Below, piece by piece: positions 28,309 through 37,752 of a DNA stretch of 64,000 nt; the first letter of the stretch is position 1; each line of letters begins with the position of its first letter. This DNA comes from Candidatus Woesearchaeota archaeon (GTDB lineage Archaea; Nanobdellota; Nanobdellia; UBA10117; ARS21). Under the pieces are notes generated by a model. The model worked only from the letters and a program-made list of their open reading frames with translations, was not told the DNA's origin and did not search any database. Where the stretch lies: the NCBI GenBank assembly GCA_964344605.1, contig CAYFNR010000002.1, positions 2,140 through 66,139 on the forward strand. Direction: 5' to 3'. The position numbers were made by a program, and so were the translations under genes.

Positions 28309-30377
28309 TTTCTTAATTTTAAAGAGTAGCTCATACCATCTATTATTTTTGTCCCCGACGAGCTTTTTATTTTGTAAAAAGGCATATACACAAGTCTCTT
28401 ACCCGTAACTTTGACACCCAAAGATTGTATAAAATTGATTACATTAATATCAGAGATCTTTTGTTTTAGAATGTCAACGTTAGGTAGGTGTAGGAATCTA
28501 GGTCTCTCCATGAAATTAAAGCTACCTAAATCTAGGCTTCCCATCACTGAAGAAACAGTTTTTCCATGTATAGAAATTAGGTTTTGTCTTACGAGTGTAT
28601 TGAGTACAGACTTGACTTCTCCAAATCCCAGCCCTGTTTTAACAAATATGTCTGAAACGCTCACTTGTCCTGTCCTATTCACCAAAACCAGAATCTTCTT
28701 TTGAATAGGAGATAGATTTGTAACAGTATTTGGAATCTTGATGGCCTCTAATTTATCATTTAGCTTGTATACACTAAGATTTACAGTATCTATTACTAGC
28801 TGAAAGACTTTTTCACCGTCCGAACAATTCAGACTTAGACAAGGTCTCAGAACTAAGTTTATATCTTTGACTCTGCTTGTTTCCAATTTTTCTATATCTT
28901 TTTTACTTAGACGTGGTTCAAATGTTAATAAGGTTTTTTCGGCCCGTTCCTTTGGTGTTTTAACTATAGTTGATCTTCTGGGTGTATCTGTTATTTCAAA
29001 AGTCTTAGAACGACCTCCATGCTGAGATCTTCTTACTCTAATATCCACAAAAACAGGGTGATCTGAAGCACCCATAACAAGAGCTTTTCCCGTAGGCAGA
29101 GACTTAATCTCGCGTTCTGTCTCACTAGTTATTCCTTCAAAAGAGTTTGATATAGCACTTAAATCATTTGGATTCGTAACTTGTAAAGCTACTTGACTTG
29201 TACACTGGCTTAGTACACTTTTATCAACCCTGGCTGGCCTTTGAGATATCATACACAAACCCAGTCCAAATTTTCTTCCTTCACTTGCAACAGTCCTAAT
29301 AATTTTAGAAGCTTTAGTTTCGCCAAAGCCCCGGTCTGGACAAAAATTATGTGCTTCTTCGATTATTAAAAAGAAGGGAGGTATATTCTCTCGTTTGCGT
29401 TGTTCGAATAGATTTGATATTATTGTTTGAGCAACAACTTCTTGATTTTCTACGTGGGCCCCCTTGAAATTTATAATAGTTAATTGGCCGGGACGTATTA
29501 AATCCGATACTGGAGTTGGGCTAAAAGAAAACATTCCACTTTTTTCTAAAGCCTGTAGACCTCCAATAAGTTTCCATTTTGCAGGTGATTCGGAGAATTC
29601 AATTTCTTTGATTAGCTCTTTAAAACTAAAATTCTCTTTTCTTTCTAGTATATCATTTACAATATTATACAGCAAGCCTTTTTGAGCAGGACTTACTTTA
29701 AAAGGTAAGGCATCGACTAAGCTAAATGCATTATTTGGAACCTTCAATTTTATTTGAATTGTTTCAGGATTAATTTCGGGATTTAGAGAATACTCACGGA
29801 CATTTTTGGCGAAACCCTTCGAAGTTACATCATAGGTTTTGAAGTATTTTTTGTCTTCGGAATGCTTATTTGGATATCTTATAGAACCATATTCTCCATG
29901 GGCGTCTAATATCACAACTGGAACACCTAATGAAATGAGCTCTTCGAGCAGCACACCAATTGCATAAGATTTTCCAGCACCAGATTTTGCTATTACTGCT
30001 AAATGCTTACTTAGGAGTCTCTTTGGATCAAGAAAGGCTTTAAGATCACTCTTCCCTTCCAATATACCTAAATAAAGTCCATTTGAAGTAAGCCCAAGTG
30101 TTGTTTTGATAGTATCGTTGCCTGCCGTTGAAACTGAAGTCCCAGGTTCAAAAGGTGTTCGAGGTTTTCTCAAAAATCCGCGTTCGGTTCTGTATCCAAT
30201 TATTATACAATCAGCCAAAGTTTCTCCCCCGCTTTTGGTGATTTCAGCAACCTGTGCTAGGACTAGTCCGCTATCTTGGTGCTCTATTGACACATAATCC
30301 CATTTACTAACTTTGCCAGTAACTTTAAATTTGAAAGAATGAGTAGATGTTTTCCCGAATATTTTACCTATAGACAT
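28305..30377 (-). CDS. HerA-family (FtsK/HerA superfamily, DUF87) ATPase with ~220-aa C-terminal extension
   Basis: N-terminal HAS-barrel-like region, Walker A AKSGAGKSYAIG, Walker B FFLIIEEAHNF, HerA-type RKFGLGLCMISQRPARVD..QCTSQVALQVTNPND; extra C-terminal region with wH-like segment. Confidence 0.8.
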   Translation of the reverse strand: MSIGKIFGKTSTHSFKFKVTGKVSKWDYVSIEHQDSGLVLAQVAEITKSGGETLADCIIIGYRTERGFLRKPRTPFEPGTSVSTAGNDTIKTTLGLTSNGLYLGILEGKSDLKAFLDPKRLLSKHLAVIAKSGAGKSYAIGVLLEELISLGVPVVILDAHGEYGSIRYPNKHSEDKKYFKTYDVTSKGFAKNVREYSLNPEINPETIQIKLKVPNNAFSLVDALPFKVSPAQKGLLYNIVNDILERKENFSFKELIKEIEFSESPAKWKLIGGLQALEKSGMFSFSPTPVSDLIRPGQLTIINFKGAHVENQEVVAQTIISNLFEQRKRENIPPFFLIIEEAHNFCPDRGFGETKASKIIRTVASEGRKFGLGLCMISQRPARVDKSVLSQCTSQVALQVTNPNDLSAISNSFEGITSETEREIKSLPTGKALVMGASDHPVFVDIRVRRSQHGGRSKTFEITDTPRRSTIVKTPKERAEKTLLTFEPRLSKKDIEKLETSRVKDINLVLRPCLSLNCSDGEKVFQLVIDTVNLSVYKLNDKLEAIKIPNTVTNLSPIQKKILVLVNRTGQVSVSDIFVKTGLGFGEVKSVLNTLVRQNLISIHGKTVSSVMGSLDLGSFNFMERPRFLHLPNVDILKQKISDINVINFIQSLGVKVTGKRLVYMPFYKIKSSSGTKIIDGMSYSLKLRN

Positions 30378-30433
30378 GCTTAAAAGAAAACTTGGTAGTT
30401 ATATAAAAGAATATAGATTAGAGAGTATAATTT

Positions 30434-31417
30434 CTAAAGCCAGTTTACTTCCACTTGGTCTGTTCTCCACTTACTATTAATTTCCGTATCTTTAACTTTG
30501 TGCTGAATTCCAGACCCATATTTTAATATACCTTGCCAGGCTATCATGGCTCCGTTGTCCATGGCTAGCGAAAATGGGCAGGCAGCAAATTTTATTCCCC
30601 TCTCTTTACACATTACTTTGAGCATTTTCTGGAGTCTTTTGTTCGCAGCTACACCTCCTGTCAAGAGTACTTCTTTTTTGTTGATGTGAGCCACGGCCCT
30701 TTCTGTAGCTTCAGTCATAACTGCAAATACAGTTTCCTGTGCCGAGTGACATAAATCTTCATCTGAATATTTTCCCGAGCGAGCCAGTTGCTCTAGTCTG
30801 GTTTGAATGCCTGAAAATGCAAAATCCATGCCTTTTATGGTGTAGGGAAGTTCAATATATTTTTTTCCCTTGGCCGCAAGTTTTTCGATTTTTGGACCGC
30901 CAGGGAATCCTAAATTAATTGAACGTCCGAAACTATCTAAAAGATTCCCGATCCCAATATCTAATGTTTCTCCAAATATTCTATATCTGCCTCCAGCATA
31001 GGCGATAATTTGGGTGTTGGCCCCAGATACATACAAAGTTACTGGATCTTTTAGCTCTGTTTTTAGTTTCCCAATCTCTATATGGGCAACGCAGTGGTTT
31101 ACGCCAACGAGTGGCTTGTTGACCACCCGGGAAATGGATCTGGCAGCCGCAGCTCCCACTCGAAGACACCCTCCCAAGCCGGGTCCCTGCGAGAAAGATA
31201 CTAAGTCTATGTCCTCTAAATCGATTTCTGCACTTTCTAAAGCGCGTTTTAGGACAAAATCATACATGAGTAGATGATGCTCAACAGCCTTGCGGGGATG
31301 AATCCCACCTTTTTCTGTTGTAAATGTGCTTTTCTCATTAGCCAGAATTTCACCTTTACTATCAACAATTCCTATGCTTAAAGTGTGCGCTGTGCTTTCT
31401 ATCCCTAAGCAGATCAT
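30434..31417 (-). CDS. kae1: tRNA N6-threonylcarbamoyladenosine synthase Kae1 (standalone, not fused to Bud32)
   Basis: MICLGIESTAHTLSIGIV.. ASKHA-fold with metal-binding H-x-x-H (VNHCVAHIE) and conserved C-terminal GGVAAN. Confidence 0.9.
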   Translation of the reverse strand: MICLGIESTAHTLSIGIVDSKGEILANEKSTFTTEKGGIHPRKAVEHHLLMYDFVLKRALESAEIDLEDIDLVSFSQGPGLGGCLRVGAAAARSISRVVNKPLVGVNHCVAHIEIGKLKTELKDPVTLYVSGANTQIIAYAGGRYRIFGETLDIGIGNLLDSFGRSINLGFPGGPKIEKLAAKGKKYIELPYTIKGMDFAFSGIQTRLEQLARSGKYSDEDLCHSAQETVFAVMTEATERAVAHINKKEVLLTGGVAANKRLQKMLKVMCKERGIKFAACPFSLAMDNGAMIAWQGILKYGSGIQHKVKDTEINSKWRTDQVEVNWL

Positions 31418-31558
31418 AATCTCCTCTTAGTTACATACTTTATAAAAGTAGTGAAAATAGTATTACTTCATGTACCACGTTTTTAGTAAAAAATAACCGA
31501 AAAGTTTATATAAGGCAAATCCATCTCAGAACGGATTTCACATCCAGGATATATTAAA

Positions 31559-31726
31559 ATGGGAAACAAAAAAGAAGAGAATGATTACACTACATCAATA
31601 GATGACATTGTAGCTAACAGTGAAAACGAAGTTGTGTTAATACTTCCAGAAGAGGCACAGACATACCAAAACTTTGCTTTACTGCCTTTTTATGAGATGT
31701 TTTATGGTAGAGTAATTATAGAATGA
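31559..31726 (+). CDS. possible small upstream ORF (55 aa) translationally coupled (ATGA) to 31723 gene
   Basis: ATG..TGA frame read by hand; acidic small peptide; not in ORF track (<60 aa). Confidence 0.2.
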   Translation: MGNKKEENDYTTSIDDIVANSENEVVLILPEEAQTYQNFALLPFYEMFYGRVIIE

Positions 31727-32493
31727 CTAAGTATGAGTTGATAGATTTGACTGAAGAAAGCTTTGTGGAAAGGGTAGGTACTTCCATTTCTATCGATATG
31801 GGATACTATGCGGAAGCCATACCAGTGAGAACACCCATAATAGAAATAGGATATGAGGAGCTTACTGACTTGTTGTTCAAACGTGATCCTATGCTTAAAG
31901 GGATTTTAGGTAGTGAGGGGGAATCCAGAAGAAGGATATCCCGTCACTTACAGGATCACCAAAATACTTGTTCCTACTCTCTGGGAAGATCTTTAGATTA
32001 TCTTGTTCCAAAAGATTGTGGTTTGCTTATATCTACTTTAACTGACGAACAGTGGGAGGAAGCCCGCAGTGTTTATATGGGTTCCTCTGGCAATGGGAGT
32101 CAGGACATAAGACGTACGAGAATAATTGAGACTCCACAGAGTCTTTTGAAGAATCTGGAAGCAATGCAGAAAATCCATGTGTGGAAGGGGCAAGAGATGG
32201 CACAATTTTATGGTCTTTTTGATGAACTTTTGGAAGAAGGCATAAAACAAGCGTACTCTGAAGGCGTTATGGATAAAGTAAGAGCTTATTTTAATCCTGA
32301 GTTGAAGGTACTGCGGGACGAAGGCGACATTCGTAAATTGATGACAAAGAGACGTGTAAGAAAGAATGGAAGAGTTTGGAAGAGGCCAGAAAACGACGAT
32401 TATGTCCATGCTTTGCTGATATCTCGTTACAACAGGCCGAGCAATAGTCGAAGAGTGAATAAATCCAGGAAAATTAAGATTAGAAAGAAATAA
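31723..32493 (+). CDS. hypothetical protein with basic C-terminal tail (256 aa)
   Basis: Intact ORF, no recognisable motif; Arg/Lys-rich C-terminus. Confidence 0.45.
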   Translation: MTKYELIDLTEESFVERVGTSISIDMGYYAEAIPVRTPIIEIGYEELTDLLFKRDPMLKGILGSEGESRRRISRHLQDHQNTCSYSLGRSLDYLVPKDCGLLISTLTDEQWEEARSVYMGSSGNGSQDIRRTRIIETPQSLLKNLEAMQKIHVWKGQEMAQFYGLFDELLEEGIKQAYSEGVMDKVRAYFNPELKVLRDEGDIRKLMTKRRVRKNGRVWKRPENDDYVHALLISRYNRPSNSRRVNKSRKIKIRKK

Positions 32494-32544
32494 CTTACGC
32501 AATTAGAGTTCTTTTCCTTAAAATTTTTAAATGTTACAATAATA

Positions 32545-33264
32545 TTGCTCTTAATGAAACCAAGTGACAATAAAGTTCCAAAGCATGTAGGTGTAATCCT
32601 TGATGGAAATCGTCGCTTAGCGAAGAAACTCATGCTTAAGCCTTGGAAGGGCCATGAATGGGGGGCTAAGAAAGTCGAGAAGTTATTTGACTGGGCAAAT
32701 GAGCTTGGCATTAAAGAGCTAACTCTTTATACACTTTCAATCGAAAATTTTAATCGTCCTAAAACGGAATTTGAATATTTAATGAATCTTTTCAAAAAAG
32801 AATTTACGCGTTTTCTTAACGACCCGAGAGTTTATGAGCGTGGTCTTAGAGTTAACTTCATTGGACGACTTTGGATGTTGGACAGCGAGCTTCAGGATTT
32901 GATGAAGAAAGTAGAATATAAAACAAAAGAGAACAACAATTTAATTGTTAACTTTGCGGTTGCATATGGTGGCAGACAGGAAGTAGTTGATGCAACGCGA
33001 AAAATAGCCGAAGACGTCAAGCTGGGAAAGTTAGATGTTAATCAGATTAACGAAGAAATATTTTCTAAAAAATTATGGAACAGTTCCGAACCAGATCTAA
33101 TAATAAGAACTGGTGGGGAAAGAAGAACTAGCAATTTTCTAAACTTTCAGGCAGCTTATAGTGAGTGGATATTTGTGGATAAGCATTGGCCTGAGTTTGA
33201 GAAAGAGGATTTGGTTGCAGCCGTCAAAGAATATAAGCAGCGAGAAATAAGAAGAGGTCGCTAG
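32545..33264 (+). CDS. uppS: cis-prenyltransferase (undecaprenyl/tritrans,polycis-polyprenyl diphosphate synthase)
   Basis: HVGVILDGNRR substrate-binding motif, RTGGERRTSNFL C-terminal motif. Confidence 0.85.
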   Translation: MLLMKPSDNKVPKHVGVILDGNRRLAKKLMLKPWKGHEWGAKKVEKLFDWANELGIKELTLYTLSIENFNRPKTEFEYLMNLFKKEFTRFLNDPRVYERGLRVNFIGRLWMLDSELQDLMKKVEYKTKENNNLIVNFAVAYGGRQEVVDATRKIAEDVKLGKLDVNQINEEIFSKKLWNSSEPDLIIRTGGERRTSNFLNFQAAYSEWIFVDKHWPEFEKEDLVAAVKEYKQREIRRGR

Positions 33265-34178
33265 GCCAAAACTAGTGGCAATAGGACAGTTACGTCACCT
33301 TCTACTGTGATGTGTGTCGCCTCTTCCTTGATTTTACCCCAAGAAATAGCCTCTCTTGTTTGGGCCCCGCTTAAAGATCCATCCCATTCAACTGCAGTAG
33401 ATATCTGAACAGCATAATCCAGTCCATTCCTAAATTGGTTCCACCAAATCACGTGATGTTTGGATATACCTCCTCCCAACATCAGAGCCCCAGTTTTTTT
33501 GGCGTCTGTAACTTTAATGAATAAATCTTGTTCGTCCTCAAATAAGTTTAGTTTGAAATCCCTGTTAGTTTGCCAAAAATTCCATAATTGTGAACCCCAT
33601 GCGCCGTCCAATGGTCCAGGTAAGTAAATTGGAATTTGGTTTTTCCATGCCCAATAAACTATTGTTTCTTTAGCCTTCTCTTCGTCTTTAATTGCTTCTC
33701 CAAAAGCCCAAACTATATCTTTTGTACTCCATTCTTTCTTTTCTTTGTGAAGCTTTTTGAGAATTGGCTGCATTTTGTTTTCAAGAACTTCTCCATAAGA
33801 TTCGTTTGGAACCAAAACATTTCCTAGCCTATTTATTCCTTGTTTGTATAACTCCTTGTCGTCCATCTTGAATGAACCTTGGTAGTAATCTCTCCATAAT
33901 CTTGCCAAATCATGATCGAGAGTTCCACAGGTTGTAATTATTGCCTGAACTTTCTTTTTCTTGACTAAATCTTTGATTACTCCCCGGATTCCAGTTGCTA
34001 TAATGCAAGCTGGAAAACTAAGAAAATTAAAACAGTCTGCGTCGGAAAGCATTTTTTTAACAATGTCCGAAGCTTGATGGACTTTTTTGGCTGAGAAGCC
34101 TCCGGCTTCTCCGAACTGAGTTATTAAGTCCGAAACTGTTTGCCCATCTTTTAACTGTATATCTTTTACAGGTTTCAT
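33261..34178 (-). CDS. dys: deoxyhypusine synthase
   Basis: IITTCGTLDHD and GGGISKHH motifs, 305 aa. Confidence 0.85.
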   Translation of the reverse strand: MKPVKDIQLKDGQTVSDLITQFGEAGGFSAKKVHQASDIVKKMLSDADCFNFLSFPACIIATGIRGVIKDLVKKKKVQAIITTCGTLDHDLARLWRDYYQGSFKMDDKELYKQGINRLGNVLVPNESYGEVLENKMQPILKKLHKEKKEWSTKDIVWAFGEAIKDEEKAKETIVYWAWKNQIPIYLPGPLDGAWGSQLWNFWQTNRDFKLNLFEDEQDLFIKVTDAKKTGALMLGGGISKHHVIWWNQFRNGLDYAVQISTAVEWDGSLSGAQTREAISWGKIKEEATHITVEGDVTVLLPLVLA

Positions 34179-34208
34179 AAAGTTGCCTTGTTTAAAGGGT
34201 TTAAAAAG

Positions 34209-34403
34209 TTAACTAGTTTGCTTGAACTCAGAAAAACCGCACTTACCACAGTGTGTTCTGTCTTTATGCTGAGCCATAAATACTCCAGGTCCACACTTTG
34301 GGCAGGACTTTCTTTGCCTAGATATAGAGCTTCCTTCTAATTTATAAAATGAAGATTTTTTTGGAGAAGATTTTCTCTCAACATCTTGTTTTCCTTCTGC
34401 CAT
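34209..34403 (-). CDS. rps27ae: ribosomal protein S27a (S27ae)
   Basis: C4 zinc ribbon CPKCG..CGKCG, 64 aa. Confidence 0.8.
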   Translation of the reverse strand: MAEGKQDVERKSSPKKSSFYKLEGSSISRQRKSCPKCGPGVFMAQHKDRTHCGKCGFSEFKQTS

Positions 34404-34405
34404 TT

Positions 34406-34795
34406 TTATTTACCTTCCTTTTCTTCGGATTTTTCTTCTTTTGGAGCTTCAGTAGATTCAGTAGGTGCTGCTTCTTCAGCTGGGGCCTCAGCAGGTGCTT
34501 CTTCTTTTGGAGTCTCCTTTTTTTGCCCTCGTTTTAATATGTGTTTAGGTTCATTCTCTTCCAATTCTTTTCTTTTCTTGTAGATATTTGCATGACATAC
34601 ACTTTTTGCCTGCCCGAAAACAGATCTAACTGATCTGATAGAAATTAAATCTTCATCCGCTCCAGAATTTGCTGAAACAAGAGATATTGCTTCTTGTCTA
34701 GAAGGAGTCTTACCTCCTCCATGATTTATCTCAAATCTTAATTCAGTCCTACTAAAATTAGGATTTTTCTTTTCTTCTAAAACAGAAATTTTCAT
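34406..34795 (-). CDS. rps24e: ribosomal protein S24e with Ala/Glu/Pro/Lys-rich C-terminal extension
   Basis: N-terminal S24e fold ([13 protein letters not shown].. HANIYKKR) then tail [36 protein letters not shown]. Confidence 0.8.
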   Translation of the reverse strand: MKISVLEEKKNPNFSRTELRFEINHGGGKTPSRQEAISLVSANSGADEDLISIRSVRSVFGQAKSVCHANIYKKRKELEENEPKHILKRGQKKETPKEEAPAEAPAEEAAPTESTEAPKEEKSEEKEGK

Positions 34796-34971
34796 CTTAC
34801 TGCATATTCTCCGGCGTCGCTGATGTCTACCTTTTTAGCCAAGTCTGATTTCGAAGGCTCTATTACTATGATTCTTCCTTTCCAAGTTTCAACTAACTTT
34901 GCGTCCTTGTGGACTGGACAAGTAGAAGTACTTAACAATCTTTTGCATTTTGGACACATTAACTTTGCCAT
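34792..34971 (-). CDS. spt4: transcription elongation factor Spt4 (RNA polymerase subunit E'')
   Basis: Hand-translated 59-aa ORF MAKLMCPKCKRLLSTSTCPVHKD.. with C-x-x-C..C-P-x-H zinc ribbon, ATGA overlap with rps24e, directly downstream of rpoE; missed by ORF track (<60 aa). Confidence 0.65.
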   Translation of the reverse strand: MAKLMCPKCKRLLSTSTCPVHKDAKLVETWKGRIIVIEPSKSDLAKKVDISDAGEYAVR

Positions 34972-34972
34972 T

Positions 34973-35551
34973 TTATTCTTTTGATGCTGCCGCAGCTGCC
35001 GCAGCTTTCATTTCCTCCGCTCTTGCTTCTTCTATCCATTCTATTTTACCTAAATAAGGTTGACGCATTGTCAGACCTATTTTTGGATTATCAATTTCTT
35101 TCATACTTATAGCAATTATTCTTGCTCTTACTCTGTCCCCAACTTTAAGGACTTTTTTGGAATCCTTTCCAAGCAGAGTTCCCTGTTTGCTCAGAGACAC
35201 AAAGTCATCCATTGTTTGAGATATATGCACCATGCCTTCAAATGCTCCAAAGTCTATGAAAGCACCGAATTTCGTTATATCTTTTACCTCACCTTCAATC
35301 AGTTCGTTTGGTTCAGGTAAGTAATGTACAACACTAAATTCGGCAGTGTAATAAGCAGCACCGTCTCCAGCCACAATCACACCTTCTCCGATTTTGTTGA
35401 CTTTGTTCACTGCAATAACTCTTCCAAGACCTTCAACAACCTTACTTAAAAAGTCGGTTTTCAGTTGGTTGAATATTGCATCTTCAAGCTTGTTTGCAAA
35501 GGATTTTGGATCAACCCTCACAACACCCTCAACAATTGATTTGTAATACAT
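34973..35551 (-). CDS. rpoE: RNA polymerase subunit E' (Rpb7 homologue) with S1 domain
   Basis: N-terminal Rpb7-like domain and S1 OB fold (GEVKDITKFGAFIDFGAFEGMVHISQ), conserved rpoE-spt4-S24e-S27ae order. Confidence 0.8.
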   Translation of the reverse strand: MYYKSIVEGVVRVDPKSFANKLEDAIFNQLKTDFLSKVVEGLGRVIAVNKVNKIGEGVIVAGDGAAYYTAEFSVVHYLPEPNELIEGEVKDITKFGAFIDFGAFEGMVHISQTMDDFVSLSKQGTLLGKDSKKVLKVGDRVRARIIAISMKEIDNPKIGLTMRQPYLGKIEWIEEARAEEMKAAAAAAASKE

Positions 35552-35592
35552 TGTAGCTTTCTTAGAAATTAGTAGCTTTTTAAACCTTGCGT

Positions 35593-35976
35593 CTATCTTT
35601 TAGAGAGGTACTTTTTCTGCCTTAGTGAGTATATTGGAACCCCAAGCTCTTTCAGTTTTAGTGAAAAGGCAGCATCACTAGTTATAACAGCAGCCTTGTT
35701 TGTCTGTGCCCAATTTGCTATGAGATAATCAGTGTGACCTTCTCCAAACTCTTCTATCTTAAATTTTGAGTGCTTAATAATTTGTAAGGCAAGATTTGCT
35801 GCAGTTTTGTCGGAACCGCGCTTCGCTTTTTCTTTTAGATTTTCTAACTCATTAATTACTGAATCCGGAATTATGATTTGAGGATTTGGGAGTGTCAATT
35901 TCCTCACGGCTTCTTTTAAGTCAATTTTTCTTTTTACAGCGTAAATAATTGTGTTTGTGTCAATGACTATTTTCAT
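35593..35976 (-). CDS. PIN-domain protein (Fcf1/Utp24-like candidate rRNA-processing nuclease)
   Basis: MKIVIDTNTIIYAV.. PIN N-terminal acidic D, conserved T/S-x-D near C-term (VITSDAAF), 127 aa upstream of rpoE as in many archaea. Confidence 0.55.
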   Translation of the reverse strand: MKIVIDTNTIIYAVKRKIDLKEAVRKLTLPNPQIIIPDSVINELENLKEKAKRGSDKTAANLALQIIKHSKFKIEEFGEGHTDYLIANWAQTNKAAVITSDAAFSLKLKELGVPIYSLRQKKYLSKR

Positions 35977-36017
35977 GTAAAGATAGGTTTTTAATCATTT
36001 AAAAAAATGTCTTAATC

Positions 36018-36503
36018 ATGCGCAAGTCCAAGAATATACAAAAAAAGTATGATAAAACAGCCGGTATATATAATTCTAGGTATGCAGAGATTCAACAAGA
36101 AAAATATCAAAAAGTACTTGGAGAGATGGATCTGAGAGGCAGGATTTTGGATTTAGGTAGTGGTACAGGCCTTTTAAGGGAGTTTCTCAAGATAGATGTT
36201 GTTGGTGCAGACATATCGATGGACATGTTGCTTAAAGGTTCTGGTGGCAGGATACAAGCGAATGCTGAGAAATTACCTTTTAAAGATAAAAGCTTTGATT
36301 ATGTTCTGAGTTTTTCAATGCTAATGAATTCCGAAAATCCTGAGAAAGTTATTAAGGAAGTAAGACGTATACTTGTAAAAAACGGAGTTTTCATCTGTAC
36401 TTTTTTGAAGAGCTTCGATTTTAGTAGAATTATAAAGAAACACTTCACTGTTCTAGAGAAAAAGGACTGTGGAGAAGATGTGTGTTATATTCTCAAACCT
36501 TAA
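36018..36503 (+). CDS. small class I SAM-dependent methyltransferase
   Basis: Motif I ILDLGSGTGLL, motif post-I VVGADIS, 161 aa. Confidence 0.6.
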   Translation: MRKSKNIQKKYDKTAGIYNSRYAEIQQEKYQKVLGEMDLRGRILDLGSGTGLLREFLKIDVVGADISMDMLLKGSGGRIQANAEKLPFKDKSFDYVLSFSMLMNSENPEKVIKEVRRILVKNGVFICTFLKSFDFSRIIKKHFTVLEKKDCGEDVCYILKP

Positions 36504-37066
36504 ACTCCAACAAATAATTTATACCTGTCTCCGTTGTCCAACTCTTTCAGTATTCTATCTATTATGAGTTTCTTTGGACTTGGAACAGATTTCACTCTTT
36601 TTCTTATGTCTTCAAAGTTTTTGAATGGCTCCTCTTCTCTAATTTTGAGTATCTCTGCAGCGTGCCTCTTCCCTACGCCAGGGAGTAGCTCTAACTGATG
36701 TGCTCTAAGAGAAACTGCTCCACACTTGTTGAAGAATTCTACAAACTTTTCTTCCTTGGCTTCGACTAACTTTTCTAGTATGAAAGGTAGTTCTGTTTTG
36801 GCCGTTTGAGTAAGCTTTTCAGGAATAAGTAGTCCTTTAATGTAAGATATTTGAGTCCTTTCTCCTTCTCCGATGTAAACCTCGTCGTGAGGCTTAAGTG
36901 TAACGTTTGGAGATGGAACCAACTCTAGAAGAACAAAGTGATTTTTACCAATAGCTTGGACAATGGGTTCTCGCTGATGGAACGAACGAGAGTCCTCCGA
37001 ATAGCCATGCTTTAAAAAATCCAGTACTATTGCGTACTCTTCTCTTGCTCGTCTTCTTTCTTGCAT
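36500..37066 (-). CDS. DUF655/COG1491-like nucleic-acid-binding protein (OB fold + helix-hairpin-helix)
   Basis: HhH motif ELLPGVGKRHAAEIL; conserved archaeal L21e-RpoF-DUF655 neighbourhood. Confidence 0.55.
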   Translation of the reverse strand: MQERRRAREEYAIVLDFLKHGYSEDSRSFHQREPIVQAIGKNHFVLLELVPSPNVTLKPHDEVYIGEGERTQISYIKGLLIPEKLTQTAKTELPFILEKLVEAKEEKFVEFFNKCGAVSLRAHQLELLPGVGKRHAAEILKIREEEPFKNFEDIRKRVKSVPSPKKLIIDRILKELDNGDRYKLFVGV

Positions 37067-37083
37067 TTCCTATTCGTTTTTCC

Positions 37084-37428
37084 TTACTTTTCATGTGCCT
37101 TGATCACTTCTTGTAGTCTGTTCAAGTTCTCTGCTGAGACAGTTGTCTTTGAACCTGCAAATATTGTTTGCAGTTCAGACAGAGTCTTTGGCATTAGGTT
37201 GATTATTTCAACCATGTGAGTATCAGTCAGCAAAGGTATTTCTAAGGCCTTTATTTCTTGGCCCAGTTTAGCCTCTACATCTTTATTAATTTTGCTAAAC
37301 CGTAGAGCATAGTCCTTTACTTTTTGCTGTATTGCTATTGGTTCTTTCTTATCTTCTGCTTTTTTAAGGTCGTCAGCTAATGTTGCATAGCAGAGGCCTT
37401 CTTTCTCTATGAATTTTATGTCTGTCAT
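37084..37428 (-). CDS. rpoF: RNA polymerase subunit F (Rpb4 homologue)
   Basis: 114-aa helical protein directly downstream of rpl21e, conserved archaeal gene order; weak sequence signal. Confidence 0.5.
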   Translation of the reverse strand: MTDIKFIEKEGLCYATLADDLKKAEDKKEPIAIQQKVKDYALRFSKINKDVEAKLGQEIKALEIPLLTDTHMVEIINLMPKTLSELQTIFAGSKTTVSAENLNRLQEVIKAHEK

Positions 37429-37429
37429 T

Positions 37430-37717
37430 TTACAGTTTCTCCAAGTGAATTGCGGCAGAGATTACTTTCTTTCTCTTTCCCAAATCACTTATTTCCACAA
37501 CATATGAATTACCTTGTTTTCTTTTAACCGAACCCGTTCTGTTCTTGAAGCGTGGATGAGGCATTCCTCTTTGAATTGCAGAGTCTTGAAGTATCCTTAC
37601 TTTATCTCCGACTTCGAACTTCTGCAAGAGTTTGTTGATGTTAACCTTTCCTCTATCGCGCTTCCTTTTCTGAAGTTTGTATCTGGTTCTTGATCTTGAT
37701 CCACCTGTTGCTTTCAT
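37430..37717 (-). CDS. rpl21e: ribosomal protein L21e
   Basis: MKATGGSRSRTRYKLQKRKRDRGK..FEVGDKVRI SH3-like L21e signature. Confidence 0.85.
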   Translation of the reverse strand: MKATGGSRSRTRYKLQKRKRDRGKVNINKLLQKFEVGDKVRILQDSAIQRGMPHPRFKNRTGSVKRKQGNSYVVEISDLGKRKKVISAAIHLEKL

Positions 37718-37752
37718 AATTCTCTCTAAAAATATCGCTTTTTAAAGGTTTC

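Noticed and set aside
34349-34583. Two + strand ORFs rich in Phe/Ser opposite rps27ae/rps24e
   Set aside because: They are antisense to two well-supported ribosomal protein genes and are low-complexity.
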